Below, piece after piece: positions 10,605 through 20,217 of a stretch of DNA of 64,000 bases. The notes beneath the pieces were generated by a model that saw only the letters and a list, made by a program, of their open reading frames with translations, did no database searches and was not told the DNA's origin. The first letter of the stretch is position 1; each line of letters opens with the position of its first letter. The position numbers were made by a program, and so were the translations under genes. Source of the stretch: Candidatus Helarchaeota archaeon (GTDB lineage Archaea; Asgardarchaeota; Lokiarchaeia; Helarchaeales; RDOG01). The stretch spans positions 1 to 64,000 of the forward strand of contig JALGVI010000018.1 of NCBI GenBank assembly GCA_029838215.1. The letters are read 5' to 3'.

Positions 10605-11669
10605 TTGGTGTCTTTTTTGTATCGGCAAGTTATCTTATTTGATGAATCTCACGAAGAACTCTTGAAATTGGATCGCATAAAGAAAGATAAAGACTGGGAT
10701 TCTTGGACTCGCCTTAAAGAATTTTTAACTTCTTTACCATGCAGAATTATTCAAAATAGAAAAGCCCCGATCTCTGATGAGTTATTGGAAAACGTTGATG
10801 TTTTGATATTCGGTTGTCCGAGAGTTCCTTTTAACCAAGATGAAATCAAGACGATCATTAATTTCGTAAAAAACGGCGGTTCTTTATTCGTGATGAATAA
10901 TTATGGTGGAGACTTGCGAAATAACAATAATCTTTCTAAAGTCCTTCAAGAATTTGGAATGGCGTTCAGAAATGATCAAGTTTTCGACCCTGAGCATAAC
11001 ATTCACGGATATAAATATGGGCTTGTCATCCAAAACTTTAACAATTCGCCGTTACTATTTAACATTGATGAGTTTTATTATTTAATTGGTTGCTCGCTCA
11101 AGGTTTTCGGCAATGCAAGAGTCATTGCTTCTTCAAGTACGGCTTCCTATCACAAGCTCTATGATTCTAATCAGAAATGGACTCGCGGCGAAGAAACTCA
11201 CTTACCGGTTCTTGCCACCAGCGAGTTGGAAAATGGCGGTCGTATTGTCGCCATTGGAGAGTTTAATCTCTTTTCTGATGACGATTTTGGATTGATAATG
11301 CCATCGAACAAGATGCTATTTAAAAACATCCTTTCATGGTTGCTGGAACCTAAAATGAAGATTGAAGAACGGCTCGACATGCTCAATCTCAAGATGGTCG
11401 AGGTCACGCGAGAAATCTCTAATATTAAACGGATATTGCGTCTCGGAACCGTCGAAAAAAACGGGACACGAAAGCTATATTCGAAAGATCAACTTGCGAT
11501 AAAAGTTACAAAATTGGAAAAGGCATTAGAAGATGATTCGGAAGAAATTCGCGAAATTGAGAAGACCTATTATCAAAAACGAGTGAAATATGAATTTTAT
11601 GCCATCTTAATCAGCATAATTTCCATTGTAGCCGTGTTTATTAGCATTTTAATATCCATTTTATTTTAA
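10605..11669 (+). CDS. GIFT (GldG/IFT52-like, DUF4350-type) domain protein with coiled coil and C-terminal membrane anchor
   Basis: DELLENVDVLIFGCPRVPFNQDEIKTIINFVKNGGSLFVM...NLSKVLQEFGMAFRND, then GGRIVAIGEFNLFSDD...NKMLFKNILSWL, a heptad-rich segment, and a final hydrophobic helix. Confidence 0.7.
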   Translation: MVSFLYRQVILFDESHEELLKLDRIKKDKDWDSWTRLKEFLTSLPCRIIQNRKAPISDELLENVDVLIFGCPRVPFNQDEIKTIINFVKNGGSLFVMNNYGGDLRNNNNLSKVLQEFGMAFRNDQVFDPEHNIHGYKYGLVIQNFNNSPLLFNIDEFYYLIGCSLKVFGNARVIASSSTASYHKLYDSNQKWTRGEETHLPVLATSELENGGRIVAIGEFNLFSDDDFGLIMPSNKMLFKNILSWLLEPKMKIEERLDMLNLKMVEVTREISNIKRILRLGTVEKNGTRKLYSKDQLAIKVTKLEKALEDDSEEIREIEKTYYQKRVKYEFYAILISIISIVAVFISILISILF

Positions 11670-11999
11670 TTCTTCTTGCAATTCCTTTAGAAATTCGTTT
11701 CCCTTCTTTTTTAACTCGTCCCAGACGCGTGCAATTTCATCATTATAAGCACCATTTTTGTAACACTCGTTTTGAAGTTCCAAAAATTTCATCAAGTCAC
11801 CCAAAATAGGAGATGATATCAACGTCATTCTTTCTGATGGCACGCTTACTTCAAGAATAATTGAATCTTGTACTGTTTCTGGAATGCCCAAAACATTTTT
11901 TAACAAAATTTGTCCCGAAGTACTCTGAGCAAAAAGGACATCTTCCGCTACATCACGTATTTCTTTCTTATCAATCAACTTGACTTTGAATTCGCACAT
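11661..11999 (-). CDS. CooT-family nickel-binding protein with C-terminal helical extension
   Basis: N-terminal MCE, then VAEDV...LLKNVLG...IILEV...ERMTL, followed by about 48 extra residues. Confidence 0.7.
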   Translation of the reverse strand: MCEFKVKLIDKKEIRDVAEDVLFAQSTSGQILLKNVLGIPETVQDSIILEVSVPSERMTLISSPILGDLMKFLELQNECYKNGAYNDEIARVWDELKKKGNEFLKELQEELK

Positions 12000-12075
12000 T
12001 CTAATAATCTCCTGTGTTTCACACGTTACTTAGTAATTAGAGAGAATTTATTTAAATTTCTTCGACAATTGTTCC

Positions 12076-13071
12076 TTGATGTTTTGGAAAATGCTTCCTG
12101 CCGTTTTTTTATTCATGACATTTTCTTTTTGCGGATCGTTGCCTTATTGTTTATTGAGTCAAACGAACATGACTTCATCTATTCCCGATTTCACTCAAGA
12201 ATTAAGCTCACAACACGTAATGGACATAATTGAAAATTTATCCAGCCATGCCACTCGCAAGACAGGAACGAGTGGTTGTAATTCCTCCGCTTATTACATT
12301 CAATCATGGTTGCAAAACAATACCTCCTCTACGGTGAGCCTGCAATATTTCTCTTATGAATCTGAAGTTTCAATGAATGTCTTGGCTTCAGTCGGAGATA
12401 TCGGTCCGAGAATAATTATTTGCGCGCATTATGATTCCATTTCATACTCTGAGGTTGCTCCAGGTGCCAACGATGATGCAAGTGGCATTGCTGCCGCATT
12501 GGAAGCATTCCGACTCTTGTCCAATCATTCTTCTGAATTAAACTATCAAATCATTTTTGCCGCTTTTGCGGGAGAAGAACAGGCTCTTTTAGGGTCCCGC
12601 ATTTTCGTTCAAAAACTCCTGCTCGAGCAGCAACCCATAATGGCGGTCATAAACATCGACACGGTCGGTTACGGCTTTTTCCAATCTCTATACTCGAACT
12701 TGGCTTCTTTATGGCTCGCAGACATTCTAATGGAGGGTGCCTTTTCTTTTCAATTACCTTGCGTGAAAAGCATCATCGGCTATCCTGAAAACAGTGCTGG
12801 AGATCACCAAAGCTTTTGGAACGTGAACATCCCTGCTGTCTTAATATACGAACACGGTCCCCAATATCCATTTTTCCACGGCGAACAAGACACAATTGAT
12901 AAGGTGAATTTTGACCTTGTCAAGCAGGCAGCCTTGATATCATCAATTGGAATATATTTGTTAAATTCCCGTGGCTCCATATCAATTTCTCCCATTTTAA
13001 TGTTTTTCGTCATGCTTCCAACCATCACGCTTGCAGGTGTTTTCTTTTTCATTTCAACTAAAAAACTATAG
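12076..13071 (+). CDS. M28-family metallopeptidase, secreted and membrane-anchored
   Basis: Motifs ICAHYDS, APGANDDASG, AGEEQALLGS, INIDTVG, GDHQSF, FHGEQDT. N-terminal signal and C-terminal TM helix. Confidence 0.92.
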   Translation: MMFWKMLPAVFLFMTFSFCGSLPYCLLSQTNMTSSIPDFTQELSSQHVMDIIENLSSHATRKTGTSGCNSSAYYIQSWLQNNTSSTVSLQYFSYESEVSMNVLASVGDIGPRIIICAHYDSISYSEVAPGANDDASGIAAALEAFRLLSNHSSELNYQIIFAAFAGEEQALLGSRIFVQKLLLEQQPIMAVINIDTVGYGFFQSLYSNLASLWLADILMEGAFSFQLPCVKSIIGYPENSAGDHQSFWNVNIPAVLIYEHGPQYPFFHGEQDTIDKVNFDLVKQAALISSIGIYLLNSRGSISISPILMFFVMLPTITLAGVFFFISTKKL

Positions 13072-13286
13072 AATCCTCCCAATTTTCATTTGTGCTTGTA
13101 TCTTTTTTCTATTGATTGCTAGTTATATTCCTATTATTTCAGCAAGTCAGATAAAATCGACAACGCACGATATCAACGGTTATTATCCATCTGAATGGGA
13201 ATGGTAATATTATTATATCATCTCCTTTTTTTTAACGTGGAATAAATGTAAACACACAAATAACTTTTGAATTAGAAAAGAACGTT

Positions 13287-14114
13287 TTGGTGTCATTTTT
13301 GAAAACCCGCACAAAATCAATCGTAAAGCTGTTCTTACTTTTTTCAATTATATTTGTATTATTATCCGTGTTTCTCTCTTCTAATGCGTTCCTTTGTGAA
13401 GCCATCCCAAACAAGGATTTACTATCATATCACGTGGCTTCTTCCGATCCCGAAACTAAAAAATACGTTGAATATGAATTTGGAATAACAGACTTAAATA
13501 CTTCTGGAATATTTGCCAATTTCACGCGTAAAAACACGACAGGCGATCTTGAAATTGTTCAAGATTACAAAATAGGACACGTCCTTAGTGGAGAAAAAGA
13601 GATGCAAGATTTCGAACAATTTTGGGAAGATTTACTTTCCTTTCATTTTCTATATTTCATTCAGGTCGTTGATTGGAGAATATTTCAGGATTATATCTGT
13701 GTTTTCTTTTATCAAAGCTCTCCGTGGGAATCTATAAGTTATAATTCAAAAACAATCACAAAACTACATGATGATGTAATTTGGCATCAGAATGGTTTTA
13801 GAGCAATAAAATGGTTCAAAATCTGTTATTCTGCATCGAAAATCGGAACAAATACAAGTAGTGAAATTCATCTGGAATTTGTTTTTGATTTAAATGGAGT
13901 ACTTCTTCACCTGAAGAACACGACATTTAATTATAATGTTGAAAGTTATCGATCGACTCTTATAGGAACGGTACAAACAGATTATTATCTTATTTCTACG
14001 ACATTACCATTATCTATTGGGTTTCCAATAGAAATTTGTTTTGCAATATTTGTTTTCTGTTTTATTGGGCTCATCATGATTTCGATTTATTCATTTAAAA
14101 AACGGAAGCAGTGA
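13287..14114 (+). CDS. Hypothetical exported protein with signal peptide and C-terminal TM anchor
   Basis: Hydrophobic N-terminus and a C-terminal helix ending KKRKQ. Lies directly upstream of ABC genes. Confidence 0.7.
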   Translation: MVSFLKTRTKSIVKLFLLFSIIFVLLSVFLSSNAFLCEAIPNKDLLSYHVASSDPETKKYVEYEFGITDLNTSGIFANFTRKNTTGDLEIVQDYKIGHVLSGEKEMQDFEQFWEDLLSFHFLYFIQVVDWRIFQDYICVFFYQSSPWESISYNSKTITKLHDDVIWHQNGFRAIKWFKICYSASKIGTNTSSEIHLEFVFDLNGVLLHLKNTTFNYNVESYRSTLIGTVQTDYYLISTTLPLSIGFPIEICFAIFVFCFIGLIMISIYSFKKRKQ

Positions 14115-14121
14115 TTTTGAC

Positions 14122-15039
14122 ATGGCCATTGTCTTCAAAGAATTGACAAAAAACTACGGCAGGATTCAAGCGGTAAGGAGGCTTAAAGGTACTGTAAATA
14201 AGGGAATTGTTGGATTTTTGGGTCCAAATGGAGCAGGAAAGACAACCACGTTTAAAATGATAATGGGACTCATTCATCCAAGCTCGGGAAGTGCAGAGAT
14301 TTTTGGTCATGATATCATTAAGGAAAGTATTTTATCAAGAAAGAATGTCGGGTTTCTTCCTGAGAGAAGTTTCTTATTTTTGGATAAAACCTGTTGGGAT
14401 TTTTTGAAATACTCGGGAAAGCTAGCAGGGATCGCCGGACTGGACTTGAACCTTTGCATCAAGGATGCTCTAGATTCCGTAGGGATTGTTAAAAAATGGT
14501 GGAAGAAAAGACTTAAGGTATTTTCAGCAGGTATGAGACAGCGAGTTGGCTTGGCAGCCACTATCATAAATCCTCATAATAGATTGATAATTCTTGATGA
14601 ACCCACGGCAAATCTCGATCCAATAGGACGTCAAGAAGTCCTTGATAAGATAAAAGCATTGAATAAGTCGAAGGATTTGAATGTTTTCATGTCATCCCAT
14701 ATCTTATCGGAAATAGAACAGGTTTGTAGTGAAATATTAATAATTCACGAAGGAGAAATCGTTTTATCGGGAAAAATCAGTGAATTATCGAAGTATTTCT
14801 GCAAAGATCAACTTAAAATCAAAATTAGCAATAATGAACTGTTTCTAAAAGAGTTGGAAAAGGAGTTAAATTTTACCGTAGAAGAAAACGATGATTTCTT
14901 GTTAATAAAAACAGAAAACGTAAGCCTTCTCCGCCAAATTAGCTCGAAAATTGTCAATAGGTGCGGATTGGAAATCCTGCACATGGAAGAAGTCTCTTTG
15001 AATTTGAATGAATTATTCAAAAAAATCGTGAAAAAATAA
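14122..15039 (+). CDS. ABC exporter ATP-binding subunit
   Basis: GPNGAGKTT, FSAGMRQR, IILDEPT, SSHIL. Confidence 0.95.
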   Translation: MAIVFKELTKNYGRIQAVRRLKGTVNKGIVGFLGPNGAGKTTTFKMIMGLIHPSSGSAEIFGHDIIKESILSRKNVGFLPERSFLFLDKTCWDFLKYSGKLAGIAGLDLNLCIKDALDSVGIVKKWWKKRLKVFSAGMRQRVGLAATIINPHNRLIILDEPTANLDPIGRQEVLDKIKALNKSKDLNVFMSSHILSEIEQVCSEILIIHEGEIVLSGKISELSKYFCKDQLKIKISNNELFLKELEKELNFTVEENDDFLLIKTENVSLLRQISSKIVNRCGLEILHMEEVSLNLNELFKKIVKK

Positions 15040-15044
15040 GAGAA

Positions 15045-15959
15045 GTGAAAAGTATGTCTGGCAATTTCGAATTCAAGTTTCATCTAGTCTTTTTTGAAGA
15101 ATTTTCCAGCAGGATTAAGAAAGTAACGTTTTTAATACCCGTTGTATTATTCATTATCATTCCTCTAATTCTTCAGTTTTCCATAATGCCCGCAATAACG
15201 ATCTTATCCGATTTTATATTAGGACTAAAAATGGTCTTCTCATTCATTGGTTTCACGTATTTAATTGGGATTGCAATACCAATATTTGTTCTACTTGAGA
15301 GTGTTTCATTTTTTTCACGTTTGATCAGTAATGGAACGATGCAGATATTGGTTGCAAAACCGATAAAACGGTGGGAAATATTCGCTGGTAAATTTCTGGA
15401 CTTTTTTTCGGTATTATTTGCTTGTTTTTTTAGCTATCTACTAATTCAGACAATATCACTCGCCTTTCTTAGCAGTTTTTGCATTCAGCTTTTTTTGGGA
15501 ATAACTTATATTTTCTTTCAAATCTGGATAACTGTATTTATTTTTGCGATTGTACTTTATAGCATGATGACAATGATTGATATTTTGGCATCTTCACCTA
15601 TTAAAAGTTTTATAATTAACATGATCTTTTTTCTAATTTATCCATTAGTGTTGGTCCCGCTAATAATTACATCAATGGAGACAATGATAATCTCAAATTT
15701 GAGTTTTAATCGATCTATAATCATTCCTTTTATTGATTTGCTTTATCTTTTTTGCATTCAGTACCATCCTTATACGATATTATATCATTCACTCAATTAT
15801 TGGATGGTTCAAACAGATCTATTTGGTTTGAGCTCAAATTTCCAACGATTGCTCTATCCCGGATCATTTCAATTCTCATGTTATCTTCTATTGACGATGC
15901 TTATTTGTGCAAATACAATTAGCTTACTTATTTTTTCCAGAAAAGACTTGAATGATTGA
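15045..15959 (+). CDS. ABC-2-type permease
   Basis: About six TM segments, ISNGTMQILVAKPIKRWEIFAGKF, and a C-terminal FSRKDL. Confidence 0.85.
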   Translation: MKSMSGNFEFKFHLVFFEEFSSRIKKVTFLIPVVLFIIIPLILQFSIMPAITILSDFILGLKMVFSFIGFTYLIGIAIPIFVLLESVSFFSRLISNGTMQILVAKPIKRWEIFAGKFLDFFSVLFACFFSYLLIQTISLAFLSSFCIQLFLGITYIFFQIWITVFIFAIVLYSMMTMIDILASSPIKSFIINMIFFLIYPLVLVPLIITSMETMIISNLSFNRSIIIPFIDLLYLFCIQYHPYTILYHSLNYWMVQTDLFGLSSNFQRLLYPGSFQFSCYLLLTMLICANTISLLIFSRKDLND

Positions 15960-15960
15960 T

Positions 15961-17559
15961 TCATACTTCTTCTTCTCCTCCCTTGAAGAATCGTTTTACA
16001 AATTCAATTCCATCTTTTATCGTATCTCCAAGATTGCTTCTTTTTTCTGCAGCAGGGTCAAAAAGATCGATGATTCCACTGATCAGGATTTCACGAGCCG
16101 TATCAGCCATGTTGACTAATAGTTTTCTCCGTTCGTCTTTATCTATCAGGCTTAAAAACTCTAGAAATGCGTTATTTTGGGTGATTTTATTGGCAGTCCA
16201 TGACTGCACGCGAGCCGAGCTGAAATAAGCCATGACAATAATGATGACAAAAATGAGCGTGAAAAATGCTAACCACGTGGTATATTGGCTTGAATTCATC
16301 ATCCCGAAATTTAGGAGGGGGATGGGAACGTAAAAATAAATGACAATGAACGGGCTCAGGTTTTGATAAAAGAAATAAAACGTACCTAGAAATATTGCAA
16401 GGAACCAACTCATCAAGGCATCTCTTCTTCGAAAGAACTTCTTTTGAATCGAGCGCATGGATTTTTGCTTAGATTTCTTTTTTGGTCTTGTCGGCTTGCT
16501 TTCGTCGTCCTCAATGTTAATGATTATCACGTCTTCGTCGTCTTTTTTACTGTAAAATGCTTCTTCCTGCTTTCGTTTTTCCAAGAATATTCGTTTTAAT
16601 CCATCCAGTTCTTCTTTTTCGAAGATCTCATGCCTTGTAATCATTTTATTTTTAGGATTAATTGCCTGTGCAAGCGCTATTATCACTACTGCTGTCAGTG
16701 CCATTATTGTAACAAGAGTGATTACATCAATGGAGAAGAAAAACAAGAAAAATAAAAGATAGACAAGAAGGTAACATGAAACTACTGAAAAAGAAAAGAA
16801 ATCAAAGGACTTGTATTTATGATACCATGATTTATTAAGCGTGATGAGTAAAATCATGAAATATGTAATTAAACCGATTACGCCTAACGCCAAAAATTCT
16901 ACGAATCCTGATGTGAGATACCTAAAAAATATGTAAAGCGGAAAGAAGATTGATATTAGAGCAATTGTCTGAATCTCTTTTTGAAACATGATTTTATTGT
17001 TTGGTTTTCCCATTGAGGATACTCTTGCTATCCAAGACACTTGAAATTCATGGATTATTAGATAGAAACCCATTACAACAAGTCCGATTGAAATTATTAC
17101 CATAGGGGTAATAATAAAAATGAATTGCAAGGTAATGAGATTTGGGATTACTGATGAAGCGAATAGGATGATGGCAAAGCTCAAAAAGCTGAGAATATAA
17201 AAAAATGCGTTTCTGACACGGCTTGAAGGTGTCAAGAGGCTTATAAATCCCGTGAAAATCAAGGAGAATAAAACACCCAAGAAAAAGCAATTTGTAATGT
17301 GAAATGAAATCCCTATTGGAGTGAAAATTAGAAAACTTGAGATGATGATTAATGAAATGCTAAGGATAACGGCAAAAGTATAACCTAAATACCTTGTAAA
17401 AAGAACTTTGAGACCATCCAAGAAATGTTCTTTCAAATAAACATCTAAGGCTCTTTCAAAAAAAGGAACACGGTCCTTTTCTTCGAGAAGATCATTTTTT
17501 CCCACGGTAAATCCATCCTGTAAAACGTAGATATCTACATAGATATCTACAAGCTTCAT
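15961..17559 (-). CDS. Hypothetical polytopic membrane protein with a charged cytoplasmic loop
   Basis: About 11 hydrophobic segments and an acidic/basic loop (KKDDEDVII...KPTRPKKKSK). ATG at 17559 preferred to TTG at 17580. Confidence 0.75.
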   Translation of the reverse strand: MKLVDIYVDIYVLQDGFTVGKNDLLEEKDRVPFFERALDVYLKEHFLDGLKVLFTRYLGYTFAVILSISLIIISSFLIFTPIGISFHITNCFFLGVLFSLIFTGFISLLTPSSRVRNAFFYILSFLSFAIILFASSVIPNLITLQFIFIITPMVIISIGLVVMGFYLIIHEFQVSWIARVSSMGKPNNKIMFQKEIQTIALISIFFPLYIFFRYLTSGFVEFLALGVIGLITYFMILLITLNKSWYHKYKSFDFFSFSVVSCYLLVYLLFFLFFFSIDVITLVTIMALTAVVIIALAQAINPKNKMITRHEIFEKEELDGLKRIFLEKRKQEEAFYSKKDDEDVIIINIEDDESKPTRPKKKSKQKSMRSIQKKFFRRRDALMSWFLAIFLGTFYFFYQNLSPFIVIYFYVPIPLLNFGMMNSSQYTTWLAFFTLIFVIIIVMAYFSSARVQSWTANKITQNNAFLEFLSLIDKDERRKLLVNMADTAREILISGIIDLFDPAAEKRSNLGDTIKDGIEFVKRFFKGGEEEV

Positions 17560-17857
17560 ATTTAAAATTATTGTGTCCAAAACTCGGGTTTAATCCCTGA
17601 AACGCGGCAATTGAAACAATATACGTGAGTTATAGATAAGAATCTCCTAAAATTACGAATGAATGGGGATAATTCTCTGAATCCGTGGAAATTGGATGAA
17701 AATCTAGGCGGTTTCACGAAGGATCTTGTTGTTGGTTATTGAATTTTGTTAAATTCGTGGAGGATTTAATCATGCTTCTTTGATGAAAAAATTTAAGTTA
17801 GAAAAATAGGTGGTGAAATTAAAAACTACTTCTCATTAAGTAAGTAGGTGTTTCATC

Positions 17858-18646
17858 ATGTCAGCCATCCTGAGTGTAGATAATGTCTCGATTAACGTGG
17901 AAAATCAAAGGATAATTGAGCGTCTTAATCTTCACGTGCCCGAAGGTGAAAGCTATATCTTATTCGGACCGAATGGTTCCGGAAAATCCACATTTCTCAA
18001 TGCCATCATGGGAGATCCGGGCTATGTTGTCTCTGAAGGCGACATCAAGTTTCGGGGTAAATCCATCGTGAATCTTGAAATGGATGAACGTGCGAGACTT
18101 GGAATCACTCTCAGTTATCAAAATCCCCCTGAGATTCAAGGCATTAAACTGAAAGATCTGCTGAAATTATGCTTGGGTAAGGACAGTAAAGATGATTTTT
18201 CAGAAGAAGAAATGAAATACATCGAACGATTTCGCTTGAAAGAATTTCTTGATCGGGATATTAACATGGGTTTTTCTGGTGGTGAACGCAAGAGATCTGA
18301 AATTCTTCAAATCATGTTTCTAAAGCCAAAGCTCTTGCTCCTTGATGAACCCGATAGTGGTGTGGATGTTGAAAGCCTGAAATTGATCTCGAAGGAATTA
18401 GACGCATATCTTAAAAAAACAAAATCCTCAGCAATTATCGTAACTCATCGCGGTGATATTCTTAAATACATATCAGTACAGAAAGCAGTCGTGCTTTTAG
18501 AAAATACCATGTATTGCTTTAGCAGTCCGGAAAATGTATACAAACAGATCCGTGAATTGGGGTATCGTGGTTGCATTGAATGCGATCATAAAATAAAATG
18601 CGAAAGAACGAATATTTTTTGCAAGGAGACAGACAACGTTGCCTGA
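17858..18646 (+). CDS. sufC: Fe-S assembly ATPase SufC (minimal SUF/SMS type, C-terminal Cys motif)
   Basis: GPNGSGKST, FSGGERKRSE, LLDEPDSGVD, and C-terminal CIEC...C. Confidence 0.93.
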   Translation: MSAILSVDNVSINVENQRIIERLNLHVPEGESYILFGPNGSGKSTFLNAIMGDPGYVVSEGDIKFRGKSIVNLEMDERARLGITLSYQNPPEIQGIKLKDLLKLCLGKDSKDDFSEEEMKYIERFRLKEFLDRDINMGFSGGERKRSEILQIMFLKPKLLLLDEPDSGVDVESLKLISKELDAYLKKTKSSAIIVTHRGDILKYISVQKAVVLLENTMYCFSSPENVYKQIRELGYRGCIECDHKIKCERTNIFCKETDNVA

Positions 18647-19760
18647 AAAAATCTCAAAACTTCAGGAACTTCCTCATGAAATCCTAGAAGCCGCCTATAA
18701 AACTGGTATAGACGGCGAAACGAAAGGACGGGCAGGAACATTTTTCCACCTGGACCAGTCTACGGTATATTCGAAAATCAATGAAACATTTGAAAACAAA
18801 TTAGAGATGATGGATCTAAAAGATGCTCTGGCCAAATATGAGTGGCTAAAGAATTATCAATGGAACCTCGTGGACCCCGATAAAGATGCATTCACGCAGA
18901 AAGTTTCTGATGAATATGGTGGTGGGTATTTTATTCGAATACTTCCACACGCCGAAATCGTGTTTCCCTTGCAATCGTGCTTATTTGTCCAAAAGAAAAA
19001 TTTTGAGCAACGCGTTCATAACATAATCATTGCCGAAGAAGGTAGTAAGTGCCATATCATCACGGGATGTGTCATGCATCCTCACGCAGGGTCTGGTTCA
19101 CACTTGGGAATTTCAGAAATTTACGTGAGAAAAAATGCAGAACTTAACTTCACGATGATCCATAATTGGACACCTGAAACCTTCGTTCGACCTCGGAGTG
19201 CCACGCTAGTCGAAGATGGCGGCAAATACGTGTCAAACTACATCTCATTAGAACCCGTAAAGGACGTGCAGATGTACCCTGCCGTGACATGCGAGGGCAA
19301 CAATTCAATTGCGAGCTTAAATAGCATCATTTATGCTCATAAAGGCTCTCATCTGGATATTGGTTCAAAAATAATTCTAAAGGGAAAAAATAGCAATGGC
19401 GAAGTGATGTCAAGGGTACTTGCAAAAGAAAGCTCTTCCGTGATTGCTCGTGGATACATTGCAGGTAATGGTGATGGCTCAAAGGGTCATCTTGAGTGCC
19501 GGGGACTCCTAATGGACGATGAATCTCAGATAATGTCGATACCTGAATTGCTGGCAACCCGGAAGAACATCGACTTGACTCATGAAGCCGCCGTTGGCAA
19601 GATCGCCGATAAAGAAATCACGTATTTAATGTCACGACGACTCTCACGAGATGAAGCTGTTTCTTTAATCATTCGTGGATTCCTAAATGTTGGAATACTT
19701 GGACTGCCTCAAGAATTAAATGCAGAGATTCAAAAAATAGTCGATACTGTCATCGAATAA
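18639..19760 (+). CDS. sufB: Fe-S assembly scaffold, SufB/SufD family
   Basis: PLQSC...QRVHNIIIAEEGS, KGHLECRGLL, SIPEL...THEAAVGKI, YLMSRRLS. Confidence 0.92.
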   Translation: MPEKISKLQELPHEILEAAYKTGIDGETKGRAGTFFHLDQSTVYSKINETFENKLEMMDLKDALAKYEWLKNYQWNLVDPDKDAFTQKVSDEYGGGYFIRILPHAEIVFPLQSCLFVQKKNFEQRVHNIIIAEEGSKCHIITGCVMHPHAGSGSHLGISEIYVRKNAELNFTMIHNWTPETFVRPRSATLVEDGGKYVSNYISLEPVKDVQMYPAVTCEGNNSIASLNSIIYAHKGSHLDIGSKIILKGKNSNGEVMSRVLAKESSSVIARGYIAGNGDGSKGHLECRGLLMDDESQIMSIPELLATRKNIDLTHEAAVGKIADKEITYLMSRRLSRDEAVSLIIRGFLNVGILGLPQELNAEIQKIVDTVIE

Positions 19761-19904
19761 ATTTTTCTTCTCTTTTTCAAGTCGAATTTATTATTAAACG
19801 TGCCCTTTTCGGATTTTTGATCGGTTCAGTCCTTGAGCTCATTTTTTATTCCGTATATTTATATTCATCAGATAAATATGCTTTAATGAAGCTCATTCTA
19901 ATCG

Positions 19905-20132
19905 GTGAAACGAATGAAAAGATGGTGTCCGTTTTGTGAATCCCTTTCATCAAAAAAAGTCGGACAGGGTTATTGTGAAAGATGCAGGCAGGATATGTCT
20001 ATTTTTCATTGTGATAAATGCGGCAAAACATTTTATTCTTGTAATCATGAACATGAGAAGTATGTCATCTGGGATTCCCCTAGCTCGAAGCGCTCGCAGG
20101 AGCCATCAAACTCCGCTGGCTCATTCGAATGA
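19905..20132 (+). CDS. Small Cys-rich Zn-binding protein
   Basis: 75 aa with CPFC, CERC, CDKC and CNH. Confidence 0.6.
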   Translation: MKRMKRWCPFCESLSSKKVGQGYCERCRQDMSIFHCDKCGKTFYSCNHEHEKYVIWDSPSSKRSQEPSNSAGSFE

Positions 20133-20217
20133 ACAAGTAAGATTTGAAATTGATGGAAATTTCCTAGTTAAGTTTTTTTAGTCGTCTTCGTACAATATTT
20201 ATGGATGACGGAAAATT

